The notes under the pieces were generated by a model that was not told the origin of the DNA, made no database searches, and was given only the letters and a program-made list of their open reading frames with translations. Of a DNA stretch of 64,000 nt, positions 51,430 to 64,000 are shown piece by piece. The first letter of the stretch is position 1, and each line of letters begins with the position of its first letter. The position numbers and the translations under genes were made by a program. Source of the DNA: Octopus vulgaris (Eukaryota); assembly GCA_951406725.2 (NCBI GenBank), contig OX597830.1:46128001-46192000 (forward strand), read 5' to 3'.

Positions 51430-51670
51430 TGCGGCAACCTGGCAGAATCGTTAGTACGCCGGGCGAAATGCTTAGCGGTATTTCGTCTGCCGCTACGTTC
51501 TGAGTTCAAATTCCGCCGAGGTCGACTTTGCCTTTTATCCTTTCGGGGTCGATAAATTAAGTACCAGTTACTGGGGTCGATATAATCGACTTAATCCATT
51601 TGTCTGTCCTTGTTTGTCCGTCCTTGTTTGTCCTCTCTGTGTTTAGCCCCTTGTGGGTAGTAAAGAAATA
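51430..51670 (+). mobile_element. Family B SINE monomer
   Basis: Full head and tail, with 10 bp TSD GGTAATATAC (51420-51429, 51671-51680). Confidence 0.88.
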
Positions 51671-53264
51671 GGTAATATACCATAATACTGCCAGGAATCT
51701 GGTAATTGTAAGGGTGAACATGCTCTATTTTGTGTGTGTATGTGTCGGTGTATGAATGTGGGGCTGGGAAGTGGTCAATGCTAGTGTGTACGTGGTGGTG
51801 TGATGTGATGTGGTGTTGTGTGGTATGTTATGGTGGTGCATGGTGTAGTGGTGTGGTGTGATGGTGTTAGGATGTGGGGGAGGTGAGAGCAGGGAAAGCA
51901 AGGGTGGGGTGTGGGTTTTGCTGACGGTGGGGGTAGAGGTGGTGTATGTGGGGATGGGTGTAAGGGATAGGGGGTGGGATGGGATGGATATAGGGAAGGT
52001 GGGGTTGGATCGTGTGGGTGTGGAGTTACGAGTGAGGGGTGCCGATGAAGGGAGAAGGTGGTTGGGAGTGAAGAGAGGAGAGGAGTGAAAAGAAGAAGAA
52101 GAAGTAGGAGTCGGATGTCTCAATATATATAATGTATATGAGTGCCAGAGAATAACAGTTCTAATTAATGGCTAACCCTTTTAGAATTTTTGAATCTCAG
52201 TTAATACCTGGGACAGGGCAACAGCTTCACACATCAACATTCTAGATCACATCCTATGAAAAGCTATCTAATAGACAAAGACTGATTTACCAACACACCA
52301 CAACCTTTGACCCAAAGCTTTGCTGTTTTGTTAGTCTGTCGCTTTTAATGCTGCTAAAATGGCCTCTAGTTTCTTCTCTGAAGTAACCAGTTGCAGAACC
52401 ATCATCAAAGATTTGTGAACAATATTCAGCTGTAGACGACACAATTGGGTTTTGTACAACATTAACGACTGTTACAGGCTGAAGAATTTTAAGGTTTTGA
52501 AAAATAACTTTAGTGTTAATATATTTAATACAAGAAGCATTAAGAAATTTAATTAAAAATATTATGTTATGAAGAAAAGATGATATTAGTAATCAATATT
52601 ATTTTAAATTATTCTCCAGGCATGTTTTCTTCATATCAAGTTTCCTTAGCTTATCGAAGACAACTCGTAGAGAAGGGCAGTTACTCTTAATACAGCAGAG
52701 TGTTTAGTCCTGCTTCAAGTAGCCTCTCCAATTGTGATAGGATAATAAAATTCACCAAGTGTAAATAGGAATGGTATTAAGCTATGATGCCATATGCAAA
52801 ATATTTTTTAAAAGGCCAACAAAATAATATAATTGGTTGGTTTTCTGTATTGTTGTTGTTTGTATCTGATAATGAAGAACTGTGAAACATAGGAAGATGA
52901 GGGTAACCCATAACAGATAATAATGATGATGATGATGCCTGAAAATGATTTGTAGTTGAAGAGATAATTATTGAGAAGTAAACATTAAAAAAATTAAGTA
53001 CAACTTTACCCTCATACCCCAATACTACAAAACTACCCTTAACATTAATAATGGGAATGTGAACCTCCTCATTAACATGTGCTGTGTCTCTTATCACCAG
53101 AATGTTAACTAAGATCCACACATACCTATGGAAATTCTTTCTAGTCTGGAATAGGAATTATTAGAAGCAGTTCAATTTTTTTCTCTTCCCACAATGTTAA
53201 TTTTGACTTCTATTTTATGACTTTCAAAGGCTAACAACTATTTAATTGCTATCTTCAAGATATA

Positions 53265-53678
53265 CTCTCTTTTCTCTTTTACTTGTTTCAGTCATTTGAC
53301 TGCGGCCATGCTGGAGCACCACCTTTAGTCGAGCAAATCGACCCCGGGACTTATTCTTTGTAAGCCCAGTACTTATTCTATTGGTCTCTTTTGCCGAACC
53401 GCTAAGTGACGGGGACGTAAACACACCAGCATCGGTTGTCAAGCAATGCTAGGGGGACAAACACAGACACACAAACATATACACACACACTTATATATAT
53501 ATATATACATATATACGACAGGCTTCTTTCAGTTTCCGTCTACCAAATCCACTCACAAGGCATTGGTCGGCCCGGGGCTATAGCAGAAGACACTTGCCCA
53601 AGATGCCACGCAGTGGGACTGAACCCGGAACCATGTGGTTGGTTAGTAAGCTACTTACCACACAGCCACTCCTGCACC
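53265..53678 (-). mobile_element. Family A SINE, full length, young
   Basis: Near-perfect reverse complement of 31714-33024, apart from the microsatellite. Confidence 0.88.
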
Positions 53679-54964
53679 TTATATGAAATTTAACAAAGTC
53701 TTTCCTGAAACATTTTTAAAGAATCATGACTAACTATTTTTCTGGTGTTCCTGAAGCAACCACAAACTACCAATGTTCAGTAACTTCCATCAAGCTACTG
53801 ATCCATCAGAATTATGAAACCAAGAAATACAGCCGAGAAAGCACTGGCATCATGGAACAGTGTCTGCTTTAGTGGGGTCTGCTCTATCACGACCAGAGTG
53901 ATGATGTCGTTAAGGGATTATTGGTCTAAAGAATAAGAAAGCATTAGTAACACAGCCAAGCTTTTGTCTCTTGTTTACATTCGCAATCTTTTCTATTTTT
54001 CTAACAAAAAAATGCTGCTCCTCATCTTATTTTCACTACTTTTAATTGGTGCATTTATGGCTGTGTGTATTGAAGAAGTTTGCCCACAACCATGTGGTTC
54101 CAGGTTCATTCCCACTATGCAGAGTGTGTGTGTGTGTATGTAATGTATGTATATATGTATCTACATATGTATGTTTCTGATGGGCTGCTTTTCAGTTGTG
54201 TGTGATGAGTTTGAACTTATAATCAATCTTAAGACTGTAACCAGTGCCAGACAAGCTATGTACGCCATCATCGATATATGTCAAGTAAAATGCTAAAAAC
54301 CATGGAATATGTTTGTCTCACTTGGTGGCACAGTATCGAGATTCAGTACAGTTGTTTTTTTTTTTAGAGTGAAATGAGTCCAGGAAGTGGTCTTACTCAA
54401 TCCTGAGCTGATTCTCATCATGTATGTATATCTGGATGATGTCAGAGGATTTGTGTGTTTGGCGTATAGTGAATGATGGTCAACATCTCCAAGTGCATTC
54501 GTTTCTATTCAGAACCTTTACTGTTGCCACTATTTTTGCCACTGTCCTATAGGAGGAAACCTTCATCCATGCTGACCTTTAAACTCGTGCTTGAGATGGA
54601 GTTGCCATCACAGTAAGCAAGTAAAGGCTGAAGTATGTTAACTACATAGATTTCATGTGTCTTGGAAGGTCTGGGAAAGCCTTAAGCTCTGCTCATTCCT
54701 CAGGATCAAACAAAGTATCTGCTATAAATTCAGCAACTTTGCAAATTGGTAATATCTTTGTCCATGTCTTATTAACACAAGCCTTATGAGATTCTCTCAT
54801 TTCTATATATTCATTCAGGCTAAAAATGAATAGATTTGTGTCTATGCGTATACAGGGCATTTGGGCTAAATTAGATGATTTTTGTTTTCCAGAACAGCTT
54901 AATGTATTGGTGGACAATGAATGGCATTGCTCACATAGATCAAGAACTGCTACATTGCGATATA

Positions 54965-55253
54965 CTGTGGAACCTCAGTTTACGAATCCCTCTCATCACA
55001 AACAAATCTGTTTCCAACATAGAACATCTCAGACGAACAGTGTCTCAAGCACACAAGCCAACAGTTGGCAGCAAACTGGGAGTATCGAGCTGGAGACTGT
55101 CAGTTGCCGTCTTGCTCAGTGCTCATCCCTGCTCAAATTCACTGTATCTTCTCCTGAATTCCCTATAGGAAAAATTGTTTCGGTTTACAAACATTTTAGG
55201 TGACAAATAGGTCTTCAGGAATGAAATAAAATCCTTAAACTAAGGTTCCACTG
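54965..55253. mobile_element. Tigger/pogo-like MITE
   Basis: TA|CTGTGGAACCTCAGTTTA ... TAAACTAAGGTTCCACTG|TA. Confidence 0.75.
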
Positions 55254-55300
55254 TACTAACAAGAGTGTAAAATAATTCATCTCTCTCTCTCCTATTCTAG

Positions 55301-55447
55301 ATGTCTCATATCCAGCAACAGTTCCTGGTGGAGTTTATATGGCCCTTTACAATAAACACGTTATTGATGATCCCTATGCAGGGTTTAATGATGTTGCCTA
55401 TCGAAACATTGGAAAGAAAAATTGGAACTTCACTAAAAAATTTACCG
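55301..55447 (+). CDS. MANBA: Beta-mannosidase exon 2
   Basis: TTCTAG acceptor; (N)VSYPATVPGGVYMAL...IDDPYAGFNDVAYR...NWNFTKKF; phase-1 GTAAGT donor. Confidence 0.93.
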
Positions 55448-57399
55448 GTAAGTATCAAAATTTTGGTCTACTTACTCAACATCATTTTAATTCTTGTTTA
55501 ATAAATAGCTTTGGATTAAGTTCCACAAATGCATTTTTAAGTGAAGTTTACACATCATGGATATAAATCTAAATGAAATATTGATATTAGAATTAAATAT
55601 TTTCAGTTTGTCAGCCTTCGTTTTTTTTTTCTTCACAATGTTTTGATTAGTTAAATCATTTTCGGAGGTCCTGTGAAAATATTCCTGGGTTGTGTTTGAT
55701 CTTATGGGTGCTTGTCTAATAGGAATGTGCATTTTTGTAGTCAAAGAGTGGATTGATCAAAATATGATAGAGATCAAAGAAACTTGATATAGAAAGTAAA
55801 TACTTTGGTAATTAAAATATTTTAATTCCACAATTATTTGTCAACAGCATTTCAACTATTTGGCATTCTTATTGTTAATGTTGATTTCAAAAAAACTAAT
55901 GGAATGCGTTTGTAAAACACTAAAAGACTTTGCCATGGAAGCAATCAGTTTTGATGACTGTTTGCCAGAGTAGTATTAGATTAGAATTTTAGGACATTTA
56001 AATTTTGAACTGTATCAGGTAATTAGAAGGGGTTTGGCACTGATTTGGAATGTGAAAAATCTCAAATACTTTAGAGGAGTTATTATTTGTTTCATTGAAT
56101 TATGCTTTATGTGTGTCACAATGGATTATATGGCATGCATTTAGTGTTGCAAGTTTCCGATAGATTTATTCAGAGAAAATGTTAGATGACCTTAGATTTA
56201 TTAGATGACCTTAAGCTTTGACATATTTTAATTTTTTTTTCTCAAAAAAAGATTACGTTAAATCATGAACATATTTAAATATTTCTTGAGTGATCCAAGT
56301 TTCAGTTTTAGAAGTTGTTTTGTTTACTATTTATTGTTGTAGATGATGTTTTCTTATTTAGCTCTCAGTTTGCTAGCTCTGCAGAAGGCTATATTGACCA
56401 TTTTGTCTCTTAATTCTCTTTGCAGAGTGACAAAAGTAACTGAGTGCCTCGTTCATATCAGAAACAGTGTATATTTCCATATTCTTAAATTTGTTATAAT
56501 CAACATCAGAAACAATGCACATCCCAGTTAAATCTTTCAGAAACCTCAGAATATCCTTCAATACTTGTACTCAGTCTGGTAGAATTTTATCATTTGTTAA
56601 TACCACATGCAGTCTGATGTTGGTGCCTAATTACAGACACTGTTCAATTTCAATAACCATATTTTAAATACAAAACTACAATCATTACATACTATTTCAG
56701 TATATACCACCACTGAGATGGTTACTTTTTGGGGTTTTTTTTTTTCTGTTACTGTTTGTGTGTCAAAGGATGAAAGATGAGAATAAGTACCATGACACTG
56801 TGGCTATCCAATCCTGAGTCAACACAAAGAAAAGCAAAATTAAAAGGAGGAGGAGAAAGTTGATGCCATTAAGGATATTTGGTACAGATTCTAACTTCAT
56901 CTGAGGAAAACAAACATTTGTACATTCTTGTGACAGTCACAGGACAAAGGAATCTCTGTGTGGCCACTTAACATAGCTGTCAAATCTCCCTCAAACTTGT
57001 CATAACCATCTCAAAAAATGTTTAGGTACAATAAATAAAGTCATCGTGGATGCCCTTAAAAATACAGAATGGATTGCATGGGATTTGATCTTAGGCCTGC
57101 TGAGTTAACCTAAGTTTAGACTTGAACAACAGCATTAGCCTTCCGATAAGAAATGTATAGTTTCTCATCTATTCACACCAAACCTGCTCTATGAGTGTTA
57201 TATGAGTGTTAGTAAAAACACATTATTAGATATGCATGTTGGTCATGGTGACATTTTCAGAACAAAGATAACAAGTATCAAAACTTTCTTTGCTCAACAC
57301 TATTTGAAGTGCTTCTCTCTTCATTCTTCTGATGCCTGATTCAGTTTCTAAGTTGAGCATCTTTTATTTCATCCTTTCTACTTTCTACCCTTTACCACC

Positions 57400-57620
57400 A
57401 ATTACAATCAATTCTACAAATTGTTATATCAAAAACTCTGTTGATGACTGTAATGGGGCCTGTGTTAGTGCTATTGTATTTTCTAGAGATGAGCACATTA
57501 CCTTTGTTTCTTTAATCTCCACTTTCTACCCAAACTTGAAAATTATCTCTACCATCTCTGACAATTCTGTTACCTTCCTCAGTATCTTGATCATTGACAA
57601 TAACCCTCACAAGTCAACTT
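57400..57620 (+). mobile_element. Penelope-like reverse transcriptase relic
   Basis: SVDDCNGA...SRDEHITFVSLISTFYPNLKIISTISDNSVTFLSI resembles the PLE 'YIDD...F...FHP.LKFT..IS..SV.FLD' region. Confidence 0.6.
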
Positions 57621-57870
57621 TGCTCTTCACCAAATTATTGGTACAACAAAACTCACTTAGGCTTTGGTATGTTCATAGAATGGAGGAAACTTAAAATCAT
57701 AATAGTACAAAAATTTGATAATCCCATTTTGACAAAAATATATTAAAATTTGAATTTTAAAAACTTTTCTAGACAGTGTAGACTTTAATAATTGCTTTTA
57801 GTAAAAGACACATACTACAAGATAATTATTAAGTTGGAATTGGTCTTACTCACTCACAATTTGACTTTCA

Positions 57871-57914
<44 letters not shown>

Positions 57915-58851
57915 GTATTAATATATATTCAGTCACTATGTATATTATTATGTATTTATTCATTAAAGTGACAAATTGGTTGAATCATTAGAATTTTGAA
58001 CAAAATGCTTAGAGATATTTCTTGTGATTCTTTAGGTTATGAGCAGTTCAAATGCCACCAAAGTTTCCTTTTATCCTTTCATCATCACTTGGCTGGTATG
58101 AGTTGGACAATTTGCCAGAATCCAGCGTGTCAAGGAACTACATAAGACTCCACTGCATGCTTTGGCATGGCATTCATTTTATTATCGTTGGATGCCTTTC
58201 CTGATGCCAACCACTTTACTGATTGGCTGTTTGATTTCAGTAGAAGCTGCATTATTCTTTTCTACTCTAGGCACAAGGCTCAAAATTTTGGGGGAAGGGG
58301 CCCGTTGATTAGATCAACCCCAGTATACAACTGATACAAAATTCCACTAAGCATTTTGCCCAGCATGCTAACATTTCTGCCAGCTTGCGACCTTATGGAA
58401 GCTGCATTATTGAAGTCACCATGCAGTTTTCAGATTATGAGCTCTGGGTGGTTGGGGCGGGGGTCACCTTCATGCTAGGGTATGAGTGGAATTACTATGA
58501 GAAAAGTGGGTAGAACAGGTCCCTGCTAAGGGATCTGCACGGCTACTCACATCTAATGGGAATAAAGGGAGAGGATGATCAGTTGGGGCTGCAAGACACA
58601 GATAATGGCAATAAGGGGTCCAAATGACTCCACAAGACAAAGTGAAGTGAGTGGCTTGTAAGGTTGTATGGGAAAGGGAATGAGGGCAGGGAAGGAGACA
58701 ACCAAAATAGGTAGGGGTGAAGGGTAGATGAAGATATAACTGACTTGCCCCCTCCCCTCTAAATTGTTGGTGTTGAACCAAAATTAGAATTAAGTATTCA
58801 TTCAATGTATATGTTGTTATTAAGTCATTTAATTAATGTGATTGCTTCCAG

Positions 58852-59000
58852 TAACTGAGTCTGTTGTTGCCTCCAAGAATATTGTTCTGGTGTGTCTGGG
58901 AATCGATACTGTGGCCCAAATCTATATAAATGGATTCCATGTCAGGAATACTTCCAATATGTTTGTTCGTTATGTGACGGATGTGAAAAAATATGTTGTG
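58852..59000 (+). CDS. MANBA: Beta-mannosidase exon 3
   Basis: TTCCAG acceptor; LVCLGIDTVAQIYING...TSNMFVRYVTDVK GH2 motif; phase-0 GTAAGT donor. Confidence 0.95.
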
Positions 59001-59577
59001 GTAAGTAATTGTAGAGACTTGTCTTACTTTTCTTCTTGTTTACCCTCTTCTTTCTTTTTCTCTACAGTGTTCTTCTCCCAGTTCTTGCTTTTTCTCTTCT
59101 CTAATCTTCCTCCAATGTAAGTGAAGACAAGATGGAATGATATCCTACTGAAAGAAACACCAACAAATGAGGGTTTTACTGAGTTGCCAAACTGAGTTCA
59201 ACTCCTTCCATGGAACTGATTTGGAAATGAGCTGCATTAATCAATCACTAATGAATGTCTCTGATCATTAAAATTAACATAATTAAATTCTCTTGTCTGA
59301 CAACAGATTGTCTAAGAAGAGAAAATGGAGAAAATATTATTGAAGATTAGAGGTGGTGGTGGTGGTGGTGGTAGTAGCAGTAAAAGGAATGAAGAGGAGT
59401 TTTATAAATATCTGTTCTACTGACAGTGGTTATATGTGTTTCTCTGTCCTACTGACCATGGTCACTTCTGTCCCTCTGTCCTACGGCCAATGTGGTCAGT
59501 TTTTGTGTTTCTATTTCACCTGCTAACAAGGCTATTGCTATTTTTTTCTTTAAGCTTTAATGTTACAAATGTTTCAG

Positions 59578-59777
59578 GTCGGTACCAATACAATTACTGT
59601 CGCCTTCACATCTCCTGTGACTGCTGCTAACAAAGCGAACGACAAGCTTCCTTACACTGTCCCACCAAATTGTCCAAATCCTAAACAAAATGGAGAGTGT
59701 CACATTAACCTCCTCCGAAAGATGCAAGCATCCTTCAGCTGGGACTGGGGTCCAGCTTTTCCGACTCTGTCCATTTG
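59578..59777 (+). CDS. MANBA: Beta-mannosidase exon 4
   Basis: TTTCAG acceptor; VPPNCP..QNGECHINLLRKMQASFSWDWGPAFP, a diagnostic beta-mannosidase motif; phase-2 GTAAGA donor. Confidence 0.97.
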
Positions 59778-60560
59778 GTAAGAATCTATCATTTAATCAA
59801 TAATTTCTATTTATGTGTTATTGATAAGGCATGATAGCTCTGACATTATGATGCTGAGCTTCTAACCACTTGCTCGTAGGTTCAAATCTCACTACAGGAA
59901 TCATGCTCTGCAAAAGGGCCACATCACTCAACTTGCCTAGCCAAAAAACAATTTTAAACTTCTAGTTTATAGTTTATGATCAGAAGGCCAATTCCAAGAG
60001 GAAAGATATGCTATCCCTAAGAATTTGCAAAACAGATGTTTATGTAAGTTTTTTTTAAAAAGTGATGATGTTTTGCAAGGCTAACAACAGGATACCCAAC
60101 TCCAGGAAAACTATTTCTTCGATATCATGTCAATGTCTGGTTATGCACACAGTGTGTGTGTGTGCATGCATGTGTGTAGGCACATCTGCACTTCACCCCT
60201 CCCTCCACATGTCTATAAATCCTTGCTCAATTTTACAGTTAAGCTTTTTCTCTTAATTTTCTAGGGCTCTTCAGAAAAGTATTCTATTTGTCAAGCCCCT
60301 TCTTTCACCTGAAATTTAAAGGGTTGTTTATTCACCAATCATCATCGTTTTAATGTCCACTTTTCCATGCTTCCAAGGATTGGACAATATTTATTGAAAC
60401 CTTTTTCTAACAGCTGGATGCCCTCCCTGTCACAAACCCTTACTTGTTTCTATGCAAATGAAATGTTTCCCCATGGTCAGACTTGGAATAAATTCTAGCC
60501 TAATGAGCCTGTAAGACTTGAACATCCGGAGTTGAAATCAACTGCCAATGTTTCGATGTT

Positions 60561-60898
60561 TAGGGGTTCTCAACTGGCGTCCATAAAAGTTTGGGTGTGG
60601 GATGGGGGGTCCACATAATAAAATAATGAATTAGGGATTCACAATAGTATTTTAAGGGCCTCTGAAAACAATTTTGTTTTCGATGTATGTATTAGTACGT
60701 ATTGCAACAGTGAGGTTTCTTTCTGCAACATTTTCCTTGGTTCAACCTGCACAAGTTAATGTGTGAAAAACAAAATAGAAATTTGAAAGGAGTCTCTATA
60801 AAGCCTAGTTTTTAAGCCTGAAAAGGCTATGCGGGTCCACCAGAATAAAATAGTAATCAAAGGGGTCTACAGATAAAAGGAATAGCTGAGAACCCCTG
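60561..60898. mobile_element. hAT-like MITE
   Basis: TAGGGGTTCTCAAC / GCTGAGAACCCCTG ends; TSD not evident. Confidence 0.6.
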
Positions 60899-61204
60899 AG
60901 AGGATAGACAGCCTATCTTAAAACATATTTATCTGTTAAAAACTTTTCTGAATTATTGGAAGCATCTTCAAATACCCTTCTAAATTACTGGTATTCTTTG
61001 TATATTTTTTACAAGGATGTACATTAATTAAATAAGAAACATTTGCAAAGAACAGAGAAGATTGGAAAATGGTTGACTTGATTTGTCTCTGGTTTAACAT
61101 CCTCACTTCCATTTCTGTGATTTTGAACACAGAATGTCAAAAGAGGGAAATATAGTCTTGTGCCTCTACCATTTGAACCACTTCACTGGTTTATTACCAC
61201 TAAC

Positions 61205-61391
61205 AATAATCCTTTCTACTGTAGGCGCAAGGCCTGATATTTTGACGAAGGGGATAAGTTAATGTAATCAACCCCAGTGCTGAACTGGTAGCATTTTATC
61301 AACCTCAAGAGCATGAAAACATAGCAGCAGGCGAAATACTGTTAAGCATTTCATCCAGCACGCTAACGATTCTGCCAGCTTGCCGTCTTAT

Positions 61392-61423
<32 letters not shown>

Positions 61424-61815
61424 CTGTTATAGGCACAAGGCCTGAAGTTTTGGGGGATGGGACTAGTCGATTACATCAACCCCAGTTCCCAGCTGGTAGT
61501 TATTTTATCAACCACAGAAGGATGAAAGGCAAAGTCAACCATGGCAGAATTTGAACTCCGAACACAGTGACGGGCAAAATACCTACTTCTTTACTGCCCA
61601 CAAGGGGCTACACACAGAGGAGACAAACAAGGAAAGACAAACGGATCAAGTCGATTACATCGACCACAGTGTGTAACTGGTACTTAATTTATCAACCCCG
61701 AAAGGATGAAAGGCAGTCAACCTCGGCAGAATTTGAATTCAGAACGTAACGGCAGACGAAATACGGCTACGCATTTTGCCTGGCGTGCTAACATCTCTGC
61801 CAGCTTTTCGCCTTA
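61205..61815 (-). mobile_element. Cluster of family B SINE copies
   Basis: Three reverse-complement copies around an (AAT)n tract. Confidence 0.75.
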
Positions 61816-62014
61816 CACCACCTTAATAACAGCAACAGTGATTGCTTTTAATTTCTATTTATTTTATTTTAATTTCACTTGATTTTATTTCATTTTATAT
61901 TATTTGAAAAAATAGTAATTGATAATGATAATTACTATAAATTTAATAATCATGACAATAACCTTGATGAGACAATGCAGAATTTGAATTTCATTTTCTT
62001 CCAATATTATCTAG

Positions 62015-62082
62015 GCGTGACATATACCTGGAATATTTCAATACTACTGTTATACGGGATATTACAACCAAGACATATAAAG
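62015..62082 (+). CDS. MANBA: Beta-mannosidase exon 5 (68 bp; its reading frame is not in the ORF track)
   Basis: CTAG acceptor completes TG|G (W); RDIYLEYFNTTVIRDITTKTYK; a phase-1 GTTTGA donor restores the frame to exon 6. Confidence 0.85.
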
Positions 62083-62819
62083 GTTTGATCTCTCTTTCTC
62101 TCTCATTGAGTTAAAGCTTTTGATTCACTCTATCAATATTCAGAGTTTCTTGCTTTGTATGATTCTTCAGGAAACAAAAAAAAAACTGAAAGCAGTTATT
62201 CCAATGTGTGCTGGAGTAAATCATCAGCTTTGAACAAACAAATAAACTCTACATCATGTATTTAGCACTCTTCCTTTCTTTCTTGCCTTTACACATACTC
62301 CACATTCATTGCCCTAAGAAGTATTGTCACACTTTATACATACACCTCATACAATATCACCTCCACTCAGCAGAAGAGTCCCTTTGTTGCCAACACAGAT
62401 AACAGCTCCCTAATTTTCTCCCATCCATCCTTTGTTTACTTACTACACTTTCAGAACATCCTACCCGACTGCTAATTAGGTCACATAGTTAACAGAAGTT
62501 AATAACTACTCCTAGAGGAGCCCCCACCCCCCTCCAAGCATTTGAAAGATTATATTTTCTGCACACCAGCTACATACAAAGATCTCCATCTCTTTCAGCC
62601 AGTTTGTGGTCACACTGCACTGTTTGTGCACCAATAGTTTTATGTTAGGTACACTATATCATCATCATCATTTAACGTTCGTTTTCCTTGCTGGCATGGG
62701 TTGGATGTTTTGACTAAACCAGGGAGCTGCACCAGGTTCCAATCTGATTTGGCAACGTTTCTACAGCTGGATGCCTTTCCTAATGCCAACCTCTTTTTCT
62801 CTTCTTCTTTATTTATTCT

Positions 62820-62945
62820 TTATTCTGATGAAGCTCCTTGTTTCAGATCAGTTTTATTACCAAATATGATTAATATTTTACATATTTTTGCATATCAATG
62901 GCAATACCATACAACATTGGCAGCAGAAACAGCTGTTAGATGGGA
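62820..62945 (+). other. Hammerhead-like motif with a long insert in helix II (probable PLE terminal-repeat relic)
   Basis: CTGATGA-AGCT (62825) ... AGCA-GAAAC-AGCT-GTT (62926-62937, palindromic helix III). Confidence 0.35.
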
Positions 62946-63030
62946 TGCAGTCTATTTGCATTGAATTAATAACAATTGATGTAAGTCAATTGTTGTTCAT
63001 CAGTACTTCTCCATTTTCTGTTTTCTTTAA

Positions 63031-63251
63031 CCCTTTAGCATTTAAACCGGCCATATCCGGCCAAAAGTATTCTGCCTGTTTTATGTTCAAACTGGCCAGA
63101 TCTGGTCTCTCACACCAGCCCTACAATATCATCTTAAAAATTAACAGCTACCTCTTCAAAATCTCATAGCTACAAGATAATGCATGATTAGTTCAAAACA
63201 ATGTGGATGAAAAAGGATTAATTTAGGCAGAATAATGCGAACACTAAAGGG
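63031..63251. mobile_element. piggyBac-like MITE
   Basis: TTAA|CCCTTTAG ... CTAAAGGG|TTAA. Confidence 0.82.
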
Positions 63252-63684
63252 TTAAAACATAAAAAATAAAACAAAGAAAGGAAAATATAAAATGCCACAG
63301 AAGAATCAAAAACATAATCCTATAAAATTTAAATAAACCTTTCCAACATAATATATAATTAATAAATAACAATTGATGTAAGTCAATTGTTGTTCATCAA
63401 TATTTCTCCATTTTCTGTTTTCTTTAAATTTTGATTATTTATAAACTCATGTTTATCTTTGCCTTTACCTATAACTTATGAACATAATATGCTTGCATAT
63501 GTATGCCCATGGTTAAATATAGGTAATATACCGGTAGTGTAATGGATACTTCTATCCCTTAGATGGTTATTTTAACCTCTAGCTCAGTTAACCTTTTTTA
63601 TGTTTTATTTACTTGTATCCATAAATTCTATTTGAAAACATCAATTGTTTACCTATGAATGTTATTTTCAATTTTGTCTTGAAG

Positions 63685-63854
63685 GAAATGATGACTGGTA
63701 CCTGGAAGTGGTAGTCTTCTTTGACAACAGAGCCAGAGTCCCTGTGAAAGGCAAACTGTCCATTCACATGTCTGAGCTGAAAGTCATGCTTACCTCTAAT
63801 ATAGACTTGACAAAGGATTCTGATGAACTGAAAACCGTCATTAAAATACCAAAG
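63685..63854 (+). CDS. MANBA: Beta-mannosidase exon 6 (gene continues beyond the window)
   Basis: TTGAAG acceptor, phase consistent with exon 5; GNDDWYLEVVVFFD...VIKIPK; AG|GTAAAC donor. Confidence 0.8.
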
Positions 63855-64000
63855 GTAAACATCTGAAATGGTCTTGTATGAAATTAGTTTTTGTTTTACT
63901 AATTCATTAATCTCATAAACCCAGTCATGGCTGAATGGTGAAAGAATCCACTTTGCAGTCTGATGGTTCTGTCTTCCGTCCCTTTGCATGGAACTTTAGG

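Overview
AT-rich, repeat-dense animal genomic DNA. The SINE, MITE and microsatellite content suggests an octopus (coleoid cephalopod); this is an inference. Two host genes appear to diverge across an intergenic region of about 23.7 kb. The first is a probable first coding exon of an unidentified gene on the minus strand (1151-1015, with paired CCAAT boxes). The second is the first six exons of a lysosomal beta-mannosidase (MANBA, GH2) on the plus strand (24865-63854, continuing past the window), with a 30.3 kb first intron. The rest is mobile DNA: a decayed Helitron with an internal deletion, a non-autonomous Helitron, a full-length dead mariner, and CRE-, Dong/R4-, CR1-, RTE- and Penelope-like relics. 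There are also MULE-, hAT-, piggyBac- and Tigger-like MITEs and several tRNA-derived SINE families. The most unusual signals are structured RNA motifs. These are a tRNA-headed SINE-like element carrying a hammerhead-ribozyme-like motif (16165-16395), a 250 bp intronic hairpin whose arms each carry a hammerhead-like core (36881-37132), a SINE/LINE shared 3' stem-loop with compensatory base changes, and a headless SINE tetramer inside one target-site duplication. Repeat family names come from motif recognition, not from database searches.
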